Shown: piece after piece, positions 37,297 through 46,901 of the stretch
Layout: every line of letters starts with the position of its first letter
How positions within the stretch are numbered: the stretch's first letter is position 1
NCBI GenBank assembly: GCA_964425075.1
Contig: CAYRKM010000001.1
Coordinates: 395,060-459,059, forward strand
DNA from: an uncultured Gammaproteobacteria bacterium
Lineage (GTDB): Bacteria > Patescibacteriota > Microgenomatia > Levybacterales > GWA1-39-11
DNA length: 64,000 bases
Reading direction: 5' to 3'
The notes under the pieces: model-generated
Databases searched by the model: none
Told to the model about the DNA's origin: nothing
What the model saw: only the letters and a program-made list of their open reading frames with translations
Program-made: the position numbers and the translations under genes

Positions 37297-39462
37297 ATGC
37301 CCAGAAGAAAGATAAAAAAACGCGGCTCATACAAGCGACGCAGCAAGGGACTAAAACTTAAGAAAGGTACAGTTTATACTTTGTCAGCAGTTAGTCTTGT
37401 TTTCCTTGCACTTGCATCTCTTGCTTCATATACACAAAGTGGGGTTGCCCTTACAACCTTTAATGAATACCTGATTGATTTTTTTGGATTTTTCTCATTT
37501 CTTATTCCAATAAATCTAATCTTATTTGCCTTATTTATTTCAAAAATAAAAAGCGCAATTTCTCAACCAAATATTGCAATCGGTTTTTTTGTTTTTACAC
37601 TCTCAATCCTTGGATTGTTCCAAAGTGGGATGGTAGGGCATGATTTATTTTTCTATACAAGTTCTATAATGGGTTCTATCCTTACGATATTGGCATTTGC
37701 TTTGGGTGCATTTGTTGGATTTGTTGTTTGTCTCAATCTTTCTTTTGCAGAAATTGGAACATTTATATTTGAGCAAGGAAAAGGAGCAGCGTCAGGTATT
37801 GGAAAAGGTGTGGTTCCTCTTCTTAAAACAAAAGACAAGTTTGCAACAGGAATGCAGCAAGTTGCAATAAAAGGACTTGATGACGACGTAAAAATTTCTG
37901 ATGGGAAGGTTGAAAAAGTAGCGACATCAGCTGCTCAGTCAGCTGCAACATTAGCGCCGCTTAAAAAAGGTATGCTTCCTGAAGAAATGATTCTTAACAA
38001 GCCACTAGAGATGGGAATGTGGGAATATCCTCCGTACTCACTTTTAAATGAAGTTAAAGAAAAGAAAAGAGATACAGGGGATGTTAAAAGAATTGCTGCA
38101 ACAATTGAAAGCACTCTTCAAAGTTTTGGAGTTAAGGCACAGGTTTCAGAAATAAACGTAGGTCCATCTGTTACCCAATACGCTATTCGTATTCCATTAG
38201 GTACAAAACTTACCAAAATTACAACTCTTGCAAATGATTTAGCATTAGCAACCGAGGCCCCAACTGGTCAAATTAGAATAGAAGCTCCAATTCCTGGTAG
38301 AAATTTGGTAGGAATTGAAATACCAAATAGAGCTCTTGAAATGGTATCACTACGAACCATGCTTGAATCAAAGGCAATGCAAAACGTAAAATCCAAACTT
38401 GCAGTGCCATTAGGGCTTAATGTTTCTGGAGAGCCGGTTGTAGCAGATATCTCCAAAATGCCCCACGTTCTAATTGCAGGTACCACTGGGTCTGGAAAAT
38501 CAGTTATGGTAAATGCAATTATTGCCTCCATTTTATTTCGGGCGTCTCCTTCCGAAGTAAAATTTATCATGATTGATCCAAAACGCGTTGAATTAACGGG
38601 CTATAACGACATACCGCATCTTCTATCCCCAGTTGTCGTTGAAGCAGAGCAATCAGTATCCGCACTAAAATGGGCACTCAAAGAAATGGATAGGAGATAT
38701 TCAAAATTTGCGGAAGCGGGTGTAAAGAATATAGACTCATACAATGAATTAGCGGGTTTTCAGGCAATTCCTTACATCATAATTGTGATGGATGAGTTGG
38801 CAGATCTTATGGCTCTTGCGCCTGTTGAGGTTGAGGATAGCATTGCCCGTCTTGCTCAGATGGCCAGAGCCACAGGGATTCATTTACTGCTTGCGACCCA
38901 GCGTCCATCGGTAGATGTTATTACAGGACTTATTAAGGCAAATATTCCATGTAGGATTGCATTTAATGTTTCATCTGGAATTGACTCTAAGGTTATTATT
39001 GATGGACCAGGAGCAGAGAAATTGTTAGGACGAGGAGATATGTTATTTGTGCCCCCTGATCAGGCAAAACCAACTCGTATTCAGGGGACATTTGTTTCAG
39101 ACCCTGACGTAAAAAGGCTTACTAATTTCATAAAATCTAAAGGAATTCCCGTAGAATACACTTCAGAAGTAGTAGAGCAAGCAGTTAACATCAAGGGACG
39201 CTCTAGCAGTATGCCAATGACAGGCGAAGGTGGTAGAGATGAGTTATTTGATCAAGCTGTAAAAGTTGTATGTCAGCATGATAGAGCATCAGCATCGCTT
39301 ATTCAAAGGAGACTTCAGGTAGGTTTTAATAGAGCAGCAAGACTTTTAGAACAACTTGAGGAAGCAGGAGTTGTGGGCCCGGCAGATGGCTCGAAACCTA
39401 GGGACGTATTGGTGAGAGATGCTGACAGTTTCTTAAATGGACCACCACCTGCCCAAGAATAA
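37297..39462 (+). CDS. ftsK: DNA translocase FtsK/SpoIIIE
   Basis: N-terminal TMs, IAGTTGSGKS, IDPKRVEL, MDELADLM, ATQRPSVDV, gamma domain ASASLIQRRLQVGFNRAARL. Confidence 0.97.
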   Translation: MPRRKIKKRGSYKRRSKGLKLKKGTVYTLSAVSLVFLALASLASYTQSGVALTTFNEYLIDFFGFFSFLIPINLILFALFISKIKSAISQPNIAIGFFVFTLSILGLFQSGMVGHDLFFYTSSIMGSILTILAFALGAFVGFVVCLNLSFAEIGTFIFEQGKGAASGIGKGVVPLLKTKDKFATGMQQVAIKGLDDDVKISDGKVEKVATSAAQSAATLAPLKKGMLPEEMILNKPLEMGMWEYPPYSLLNEVKEKKRDTGDVKRIAATIESTLQSFGVKAQVSEINVGPSVTQYAIRIPLGTKLTKITTLANDLALATEAPTGQIRIEAPIPGRNLVGIEIPNRALEMVSLRTMLESKAMQNVKSKLAVPLGLNVSGEPVVADISKMPHVLIAGTTGSGKSVMVNAIIASILFRASPSEVKFIMIDPKRVELTGYNDIPHLLSPVVVEAEQSVSALKWALKEMDRRYSKFAEAGVKNIDSYNELAGFQAIPYIIIVMDELADLMALAPVEVEDSIARLAQMARATGIHLLLATQRPSVDVITGLIKANIPCRIAFNVSSGIDSKVIIDGPGAEKLLGRGDMLFVPPDQAKPTRIQGTFVSDPDVKRLTNFIKSKGIPVEYTSEVVEQAVNIKGRSSSMPMTGEGGRDELFDQAVKVVCQHDRASASLIQRRLQVGFNRAARLLEQLEEAGVVGPADGSKPRDVLVRDADSFLNGPPPAQE

Positions 39463-39468
39463 CCTTCT

Positions 39469-40095
39469 ATGCGAAAGATATCTGAAATGCTTCAGGATGC
39501 CAGAATTGAAAAAAACCTATCTATTGCAGATGTTGTAAAGGCTATTAGAGTAAAAAAAGAATTCTTGATAGCAATTGAAAATGGCTATTATCACGAACTG
39601 CCTTCTGAAAGCTATGCGCTAGGATTTGTGAAAAACTATGCCTCCTTTGTAGGAATTGATAAAGTAAAAGCTGCTGCACTTTTCAGGCGTGAATATGAGG
39701 GGCAACAGACAAAGCTCATACCTACATTTAAAAGCCAGGATAAAAAAATCAGGCGGAAATTATTTTTTTCACCTCGAAGTTTACTTATTTTTATAGGAAT
39801 ATTGCTTGTAATAGGATATATTTTATATCAGTACAGCTCATTCCTGTTCGGTCCGAAACTTCAGGTTGCAAAACCTACAGACAACCAAGTAGTAAATGAG
39901 AATATTGTAGAAGTTGAAGGGACTACTGATCCTTATGCTTCAATTTTAGTTAATAATGATGAAGTTTATGTGAAGCTTGATGGAACTTTTAAGAAAACAC
40001 TTTATCTTTTTGAGGGAAATAGGCAAATTACAGTCGTTGCCAAAAGTCGAAATGGTAAAGAAACAAGAAAAGTTGTGAATGTAATTGTAAGATAA
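39469..40095 (+). CDS. RodZ-like HTH-TM protein with Ig-like C-terminus
   Basis: AIENG..HELPSESYALGFVKNYA HTH, TM; directly after ftsK. Confidence 0.85.
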   Translation: MRKISEMLQDARIEKNLSIADVVKAIRVKKEFLIAIENGYYHELPSESYALGFVKNYASFVGIDKVKAAALFRREYEGQQTKLIPTFKSQDKKIRRKLFFSPRSLLIFIGILLVIGYILYQYSSFLFGPKLQVAKPTDNQVVNENIVEVEGTTDPYASILVNNDEVYVKLDGTFKKTLYLFEGNRQITVVAKSRNGKETRKVVNVIVR

Positions 40096-40102
40096 TTTTC
40101 TC

Positions 40103-40271
40103 GTACTTTTCTGCCGAGAAAAGTACCAAAAGCTCTCGTCAATTGTCCCTCACGTATTCTTCAGTTTCACTTACTCGTTGAAAGAACCCGGTTCACTTCG
40201 TTCACTTCAGTTCTTTCTCCTTTGGATCACTCGTTCGTTTACTGACTCATATGTTCGGTACAAAATGACGA
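40103..40271. repeat. Long structured non-coding element (MITE/REP-like)
   Basis: GTACTTTTC/GAAAAGTAC hairpin, then nested stems TCGTCA/TGACGA, TCAGT/ACTGA, GAAAGAAC/GTTCTTTC. Confidence 0.55.
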
Positions 40272-40397
40272 ATAACTTAATCTTGTTTCAAGTGTAAAAA
40301 ATCTTCCTTAATTCTTAATTCATCATTCTTTATTCTATTTGAAGTACTTTGTTATATTGACTCTGAAATTTTCACGTGATAGGCTGAGATACTCATT

Positions 40398-40661
40398 ATG
40401 ATTGATACTGTCCAGGCTGTTTTATTATTTGTAATAGTTCTTCTTTCAATCCTTTTTGTTGTATTGGGTATTCAAGTATATTTTCTTTTAAAAGACCTTC
40501 GTCAAACGCTTTCAAGAACAAATAAAATTCTTGATGATGTCGAGGCCATAACTGCAGGAATCGCAGAACCAGTATCTTCACTTTCAGGATTTTTGAGTAA
40601 CGGGTCTGCCCTCGGGGTAGCTGCAAAGATATTCTCATTATTTACTAAGAGGAAAAAATAG
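40398..40661 (+). CDS. YoxC/DUF948-like membrane protein
   Basis: N-terminal TM plus coiled coil, upstream of a YtxH-like gene. Confidence 0.7.
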   Translation: MIDTVQAVLLFVIVLLSILFVVLGIQVYFLLKDLRQTLSRTNKILDDVEAITAGIAEPVSSLSGFLSNGSALGVAAKIFSLFTKRKK

Positions 40662-40662
40662 T

Positions 40663-40959
40663 ATGCAAGAAAAAAACCACTCAAACGGATTTATGTTTGG
40701 TCTTTTATTGGGTGCTGCTGTTGGTGCTTTGGTGAGTACTAAAAAAGGAAGAGAAATTCTAAAAGATGTAGCAGACTATGGACTAGAATATGTAGGTAAT
40801 GTTATAAATTTAGATGATTTGGAAGGAGTGATGGAAGAAGAGGAAGAAATAATGGGTGGAGAGACTGAAGAGGCTGTTCCAAAGGAAAAAATTACAGTTG
40901 AAGAAGAGCCAAAAAAACCCCTGAGAAGAAGATTGTTTCGCGGAATCCGAAAGAAGTAG
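40663..40959 (+). CDS. YtxH-like protein
   Basis: FMFGLLLGAAVGALVSTKKGRE motif. Confidence 0.75.
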   Translation: MQEKNHSNGFMFGLLLGAAVGALVSTKKGREILKDVADYGLEYVGNVINLDDLEGVMEEEEEIMGGETEEAVPKEKITVEEEPKKPLRRRLFRGIRKK

Positions 40960-41023
40960 TTGAAAGTTTATTATTCATGGTCTATAGTTTTATAAACTGC
41001 CCTCGGCAGTTTTTTTGTAGAAA

Positions 41024-41893
41024 ATGAATATCCACGAAGGAGAGCAAGATATGCAACAAATCGGACAAGAATTTGAAGTACGTACTCCCCAAAATTTTAT
41101 GGAGATGATTGAGAGGAAGTGGGGTGAAGGAAAGTACGTATGTGTAGGGTTAGATAGTGAGCTTGGAAGAATTCCCGAGTCAATGCAAGGGAGTGTTTCT
41201 GCATTTAATCATGAGATTATTGATGCTACTCACGATCTTGTAGCTGCTTATAAACCTAACTTTGCATTTTATGAAGCATTAGGGGCCAAGGGAATTGAGA
41301 TTCTTGTTGATACAGTTCAGTATATAAAGGAAGCGCATCCTGATATTCCTGTGATTCTCGATGCGAAAAGAGCCGATATTGGAAATACCAATAATGGTTC
41401 TGTTGAATTTGCCTTCAAAGAATGTGGTGCGGATGCGATTACAGTAAATCCTTATTTGGGAAGAGTAGCGTTAGAACCATTTTTGCAGCAAGCAAATAAA
41501 GGTATTATTGTTTTAGCACGTACCTCAAACGATGGTGCAGGAGAATTTCAGGATCTTATGATTGATGGGAGACCATTATATCTGCATGTGGCTGAACATG
41601 CTGTTAATGAGTGGAATGAAAATGGCAATATTGGGCTAGTGATGGGGGCAACAAGTCCTGAAGAATTAGGGCGAGTCAGGGATCTTTTTCCTGACGTACC
41701 TCTTTTGATTCCAGGAATTGGAGCACAAGGTGGGGATCCTGAAAAAGTGATACACGCGGCAAGGCATAGAATGCTTATAAATAATTCACGAGGTATAATT
41801 TTTGCCTCTGGAGGAAAAGATTTTGCCCAAGCAGCTCGACAAGCTACTCTTAATACGCAGGTTCAGATAGCTGCAGGGATGAGTTCATCATGA
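41024..41893 (+). CDS. pyrF: Orotidine-5'-phosphate decarboxylase
   Basis: CVGLD, AYKPNFAFYE, ILDAKRADIGNT, ITVNPYLG, LIPGIGAQGG, INNSRGI. Confidence 0.96.
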   Translation: MNIHEGEQDMQQIGQEFEVRTPQNFMEMIERKWGEGKYVCVGLDSELGRIPESMQGSVSAFNHEIIDATHDLVAAYKPNFAFYEALGAKGIEILVDTVQYIKEAHPDIPVILDAKRADIGNTNNGSVEFAFKECGADAITVNPYLGRVALEPFLQQANKGIIVLARTSNDGAGEFQDLMIDGRPLYLHVAEHAVNEWNENGNIGLVMGATSPEELGRVRDLFPDVPLLIPGIGAQGGDPEKVIHAARHRMLINNSRGIIFASGGKDFAQAARQATLNTQVQIAAGMSSS

Positions 41894-42567
41894 AGTTAAT
41901 GAATGCGCGAAAAGAATTAGAAAAAGCTGGATGTATATATAGTGCCCACTTTGTGGGTGTAAGTGGTAAACATCTAGCAGGATATTGCAATATCGATCCT
42001 CTTTTGCCTCACGTTTCATTAGTAAGCAAAATGATAAAACTTCTCGTAAGCGAGTTTGGAAATATAAAAATTGATACGGTTGCCTCTCCTGCGGTTGGTG
42101 CAATTCCGTTTTCTCATTGGGGTGCATATCACCTTTCAAAATTACAAAAAAAAGATGTTCTAGGGGTTTGGGCAGATAAGGTGAGTGGGGTAGAGAAAAA
42201 AGCTTTTGCTTTCGAAAGACAAGGTTTTACAGAGGCTGTAAAAGGGAAGAGGGTATTAATTTTAGAAGATATAATTAATCAAATGTTCTCAATTAAAGCA
42301 ACTATTGAAGCAGTTGAAAAAGCCGGAGGGAAAATTGTTGGTGTAGGTTCAATTGCTGCTAATAAGGGAGTAAGCGCAAAGGCAATGAATGTCAAAAAAT
42401 TCGTAAATTTATGCGATATATATTACGACACCTGGACTCCAGAGGAATGTGTAGAGATTGGGTTGTGTAGTAAAAATGTACCAATAGTTGAGGATATTGG
42501 GCATGGAGATGAATTTAAAAAGAAAAACCCTAAATATAAGGGTGGCTACGTAAAGCTTCTGAGTTGA
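41890..42567 (+). CDS. pyrE: Orotate phosphoribosyltransferase
   Basis: HFVGVSGKH, PRPP-binding VLILEDII; overlaps pyrF (ATGA). Confidence 0.88.
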   Translation: MKLMNARKELEKAGCIYSAHFVGVSGKHLAGYCNIDPLLPHVSLVSKMIKLLVSEFGNIKIDTVASPAVGAIPFSHWGAYHLSKLQKKDVLGVWADKVSGVEKKAFAFERQGFTEAVKGKRVLILEDIINQMFSIKATIEAVEKAGGKIVGVGSIAANKGVSAKAMNVKKFVNLCDIYYDTWTPEECVEIGLCSKNVPIVEDIGHGDEFKKKNPKYKGGYVKLLS

Positions 42568-42604
42568 GTTTGATTCTTTAAGAGCTTATAATTCTCATAC
42601 AAAT

Positions 42605-43543
42605 ATGAAAAAAATTGTTGTTATTGGAGGAGGAACGGGGGTCTTTACTGTCCTGACAGGACTTAAAGAATACGATTATGAGTTGTCTGCAATTGTGTCG
42701 ATGGCAGATGATGGAGGCTCCACTGGCGTTTTAAGAGAGGAATTTGGAACACTTCCGGCTGGGGATATCAGACGTGCATTAATTGCATTATCCGACTCTA
42801 ATGAAAAAGTACTATCCGATCTTTTTAATTATCGTTTTGGAGAAGCAACATCTCTAAAGGGGCACAGTTTGGGTAATCTTTTATTAACTGCACTTGAGAA
42901 AATCACAGGAAATTTTGCTTCCGCAGTAGATGAAGCAGTACGAATTTTAAATGTTAAGGGGAACGTAATTCCTGTAACTCTTTCAAATACTAAGCTTTAT
43001 GCAGAGCTTGAAAATGGAACAGTGGTTGAGGGAGAGTCTAATATTGACATACCAAAACACGATGGAAATATAAAAATAAAAAACGTATTTCTAAAACCAC
43101 AAGTTGCAGCAAATCCTAAGGCCGTCAAGGCAATAGAAGAGGCTGATGCAGTGATTTTGGGACCTGGAGATGTGTACACCTCAGTATTGCCAAACATTAT
43201 TATTCCAGGAATTGCAGAAGCAATTAAAAAAACTAAAGCAAAAGTTATTTATAACGTAAATATTATGACCAAATTTGGAGAAACAAATGACTTTAAGGCA
43301 TCTGACTTTATAAAAAAGATGGAGGAGTATTTAGGAGAAGGAGTTATTGATTATGTGACTGTAAATACCCAAAAGCCTAAGGGTGAGATTGTTGAGAGAT
43401 ATAAAAGAGAGCATGTGGAATTTGTTGAGGATGATTTGGGGAAAGATAAGCGAGTAGTGGAAGGTGACTTTTTGCGACGAGGGATGTTTTTGCGTCATGA
43501 CCCAGAGAAATTGGCACAAGGCTTATCAAAGATAATCAAGTAG
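42605..43543 (+). CDS. YvcK/GlmR (UPF0052) family protein
   Basis: IGGGTG, ADDGGSTG, PAGDIRR, GHSLGNL, LGPGDVYTS, RHDPEKL. Confidence 0.93.
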   Translation: MKKIVVIGGGTGVFTVLTGLKEYDYELSAIVSMADDGGSTGVLREEFGTLPAGDIRRALIALSDSNEKVLSDLFNYRFGEATSLKGHSLGNLLLTALEKITGNFASAVDEAVRILNVKGNVIPVTLSNTKLYAELENGTVVEGESNIDIPKHDGNIKIKNVFLKPQVAANPKAVKAIEEADAVILGPGDVYTSVLPNIIIPGIAEAIKKTKAKVIYNVNIMTKFGETNDFKASDFIKKMEEYLGEGVIDYVTVNTQKPKGEIVERYKREHVEFVEDDLGKDKRVVEGDFLRRGMFLRHDPEKLAQGLSKIIK

Positions 43544-43555
43544 CAAGCAAGTAGA

Positions 43556-44173
43556 ATGGAAAAAAAGAAAAGAGCAGGGGAGATCACCAAAGTTTTAAAA
43601 AAATTATTTCCCAACCCCACTACCCCACTTAATCACAGTAACCCTTGGGAATTATATGTTGCAGTAGCTCTTTCAGCGCAGCAAACGGATGTAGGGGTAA
43701 ATAAGGTCACAGAAAGTTTGTTTCAAAAATATAAAAAACTTGATGACTATAAAAATGCAACATTTGAAGAGTTTGATAGTGATATTAAAAGCATTAATTT
43801 TCACAAAGGAAAGGCAAAGGCAATCTTGGAGGCGGCAAAAATAGTTGCAGAGAAGTATAAAGGACAAATGCCGCAGACGATGGAAGAATTAGTTGCCCTA
43901 CCCTTCATCGGGAGAAAAACAGCGAATGTCATTTTGCAGGAAGCTTTTGGAAAAAGCGAGGGCATAGTAGTGGATACTCATGTAAAACGTTTGACCCGTT
44001 TGTTTGGCTTAACTCAAAATTCTGATCCGGTAAAAATTGAACGTGATCTTATGGAACTGGTTCCACAAAAAGACTGGCAGGAATTTGGTTTGGGTCTAAT
44101 TTATTATGGGCGTACGTATTGCGCTGCGCACTGTAAACATCTTGAATGTCCTTTGAAAAAGTATATCCATTAA
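43556..44173 (+). CDS. nth: Endonuclease III
   Basis: LSAQQTD, HhH LPFIGRKTANVIL, VVDTHVKR, C-terminal Cys cluster. Confidence 0.93.
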   Translation: MEKKKRAGEITKVLKKLFPNPTTPLNHSNPWELYVAVALSAQQTDVGVNKVTESLFQKYKKLDDYKNATFEEFDSDIKSINFHKGKAKAILEAAKIVAEKYKGQMPQTMEELVALPFIGRKTANVILQEAFGKSEGIVVDTHVKRLTRLFGLTQNSDPVKIERDLMELVPQKDWQEFGLGLIYYGRTYCAAHCKHLECPLKKYIH

Positions 44174-44276
44174 CTTCTTTTTCTCTCTGAATTAAAATAT
44201 TGCTGGGGATTTATTATTGAAATACTAAAAAAAACATATTCTTGCTCTCTATTTCAACTTATAGTATAATGCACGC

Positions 44277-44981
44277 ATGACAAAAGGCAAAGAGATGGAA
44301 GAAATGGGAATAACCCCAAACGTAGAACATTCTGAAGGATCGCAGGTACCTCTTGCGACAATGGCTGACCTAGAAGCTGTTTTCAGATTTTTACTGTATG
44401 ATAAAATTATTGCATCCATGGTAAGGGATGGATTCAAAACACCCTGGGGGGAGTTTTCCGATAACAAGTCTATACTTGAGGCATGTGCGATTGCTTTAAA
44501 AAGCTCACATGGGAAATTAAATCCAGACGAATTTATTGAAGAACTTATTGCAAACAAACTTTTGCATACAAGCTTTGAATTAGATGCCTTATATAGAACC
44601 AGTAGTAACCGTTTTGCTGATGATAAAACACGAGTAAGAGGGCTTTATGTCTATGACTGGGCAAAATTAGAAGGTTTGGGCTTGATAGAAGAAGGTCCAA
44701 AAGAAAGTATAGGTAATAGTTATGGTATACCACAGGATATTTATGAGCATTTACGTACTAACGCTGCTCTTGAGGAACCTTATGAGGGAACAAGTAGAAT
44801 TGGTCGTAGATATGATGGAGAATATACACGCGTAGTGAGTCAAACTGCCTACTCGGGAATAAGCGTGGATTATATTCTGTATCGTGGGGGTCCTAAGAAC
44901 CATAATATTTTGGGCAGAAGCTATGTGACTACAACACCTGATGTTTGGAGTACAGTTTTTGCTTCCATGGTACAGTTCTAG
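44277..44981 (+). CDS. Hypothetical protein
   Basis: 234-aa ORF with TATAAT 6 nt upstream; no motif recognised. Confidence 0.6.
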   Translation: MTKGKEMEEMGITPNVEHSEGSQVPLATMADLEAVFRFLLYDKIIASMVRDGFKTPWGEFSDNKSILEACAIALKSSHGKLNPDEFIEELIANKLLHTSFELDALYRTSSNRFADDKTRVRGLYVYDWAKLEGLGLIEEGPKESIGNSYGIPQDIYEHLRTNAALEEPYEGTSRIGRRYDGEYTRVVSQTAYSGISVDYILYRGGPKNHNILGRSYVTTTPDVWSTVFASMVQF

Positions 44982-45032
44982 CCTTAATTAGTAGCTAATT
45001 TCAGCGTAGCTTGTTTTGATATAATAAGCTAC

Positions 45033-46880
45033 ATGAAAGCAGCGGATATTCTTCAAAAGTATATTTCATATTTTGAAAAGCAGAGACATACTCGTATAGA
45101 AAATAGCTCTCTTGTTCCTTTAAATGATCCGACAACTCTTTTTACCTCAAGCGGTATGCAGCCATTAGTCCCTTTTCTTTTAGGAGAAAAACATCCACAG
45201 GGCGTGCGTCTTGTGAATGCACAGAATTGTTTTCGAGCTCAAGACATAGATGAAATTGGGGACAACCGGCATACTACTTTTTTTAGAATGCTTGGGAATT
45301 GGTCACTGGGTGACTATTTTAAAAAAGAACAACTCCCCTACTTCTTTGAATTTTTGACAGATGAGTTAGGTTTGGATCCAAAAAAGCTTTACGTCACTGT
45401 TTTTTCAGGAAATAAAACCGTACCAAAAGACACGGAAAGCATCGAGATTTGGAAATCATTGTTTGCATCCAAAGGAATTGATGCAGAAGACGGGAGAATT
45501 TTTGAATATGGTGTTGAAAAAAACTGGTGGTCTAGAGCTGGAGTTCCTGAAAATATGCCGGTTGGCGAGCCCGGAGGACCTGACAGCGAAGTTTTTTTCG
45601 ACTTTGGTATTGATTTAAAGATACACGAAAGCAGTGTTTTTAAAGACGAAAAATGTCATGTAAATTGCGACTGCGGAAGGTATCTTGAGATAGGAAATTC
45701 TGTTTTTATGCAATATATAAAAAAGGAAACCGGCTTTGAGGAGCTCCCGCAGAAGAACGTAGATTTTGGAGGAGGTTTGGAACGGTTACTCGCTGCAGTG
45801 GAGAATAAGCAGGATGTTTTTGAGACCACTCTCTTCAGTCCCATAATTCATTCAATTGAGAATACAACTGGAAAAGAATACAGCAAAAATCCACAGGAAA
45901 TGAGAATAATCTTGGACCATTTTGTAGCCGCAATATTTATTTGCTCAAATGATGTAAAGCCATCCAACAAAGAACAGGGGTATATTTTGCGTCGTCTTAT
46001 TCGTCGCGGTTTGGATAATTTTTATGTCCTCAATGGAGATACGATAGTTCCAATCATAGAAAAAATCATAGAGCAATATAAAGATACTGATCCTGTTTTG
46101 GTCGAGCAGTTTGAGGAGATTAAAAATACTATTTTGGAGGAAGAGACTGTATACCAAAAGGCACTAGCAGGAGGTAAAAAACTTATTGAAAAAGAAATTT
46201 CCAAAAATCCTTTAGGTTTTAAAACATCAGATGAAGTAAAAATAGGCGGCGAGCTAACAGGAGTTACCCTTATTTCAGCAGATTTGGCATTTAAAGCAAT
46301 TTCTTCATATGGGTTGGGACCTACGCAGCTCAAAAGTTTGGGTTACACTTTCGATGATAAAGCATTGGCTGAGCTTATAAAGCAACACCAAGAAACGTCT
46401 CGTGCTGGTGCAGGACAAAAATTTGCTGGAGGGTTAGCCGACCACTCAGAGTTAACTGTAAAGGGACACACTGCAACACACCTAGTGCATCAAGCGTTGC
46501 GAGATGTTCTAGGAAATTCAGTACATCAAACAGGAAGCAATATCACGTCCGAACGTGTTAGGTTTGATTTTGCATATGAGAAAAAAGTAACAGAGGAAGA
46601 GCTTAAGAAGGTTGATGCGATAGTGCAGCAAAAAATAAAAGATGACCTTCCAGTGCATTTTGAAATAATGCCGCTTGAGAAGGCAAAAAAACTAGGAGCA
46701 ATTGGTCTTTTTGATGATAAGTACGCTAAAGACGTAAAGATTTACTTTATAGGGGAGTATTCCAAGGAGTTTTGTGGTGGTCCCCATGTCGAAAAGACTT
46801 CAGATATCAAAAGTTTTGCTATACTAAAAGAAGAAGGGGTTGCCCGCGGTGTTCGTCGTATTTACATTAAGGTGACCTAA
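45033..46880 (+). CDS. alaS: Alanine--tRNA ligase (short form)
   Basis: DPTTLFTSSGMQP, HTTFFRMLGNWSLGDYFK, VDFGGGLER, GYILRRLIRR, editing motifs HTATH and FCGGPH. Confidence 0.96.
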   Translation: MKAADILQKYISYFEKQRHTRIENSSLVPLNDPTTLFTSSGMQPLVPFLLGEKHPQGVRLVNAQNCFRAQDIDEIGDNRHTTFFRMLGNWSLGDYFKKEQLPYFFEFLTDELGLDPKKLYVTVFSGNKTVPKDTESIEIWKSLFASKGIDAEDGRIFEYGVEKNWWSRAGVPENMPVGEPGGPDSEVFFDFGIDLKIHESSVFKDEKCHVNCDCGRYLEIGNSVFMQYIKKETGFEELPQKNVDFGGGLERLLAAVENKQDVFETTLFSPIIHSIENTTGKEYSKNPQEMRIILDHFVAAIFICSNDVKPSNKEQGYILRRLIRRGLDNFYVLNGDTIVPIIEKIIEQYKDTDPVLVEQFEEIKNTILEEETVYQKALAGGKKLIEKEISKNPLGFKTSDEVKIGGELTGVTLISADLAFKAISSYGLGPTQLKSLGYTFDDKALAELIKQHQETSRAGAGQKFAGGLADHSELTVKGHTATHLVHQALRDVLGNSVHQTGSNITSERVRFDFAYEKKVTEEELKKVDAIVQQKIKDDLPVHFEIMPLEKAKKLGAIGLFDDKYAKDVKIYFIGEYSKEFCGGPHVEKTSDIKSFAILKEEGVARGVRRIYIKVT

Positions 46881-46901
46881 TTGTATCGAATTGTTAGCAA
46901 T

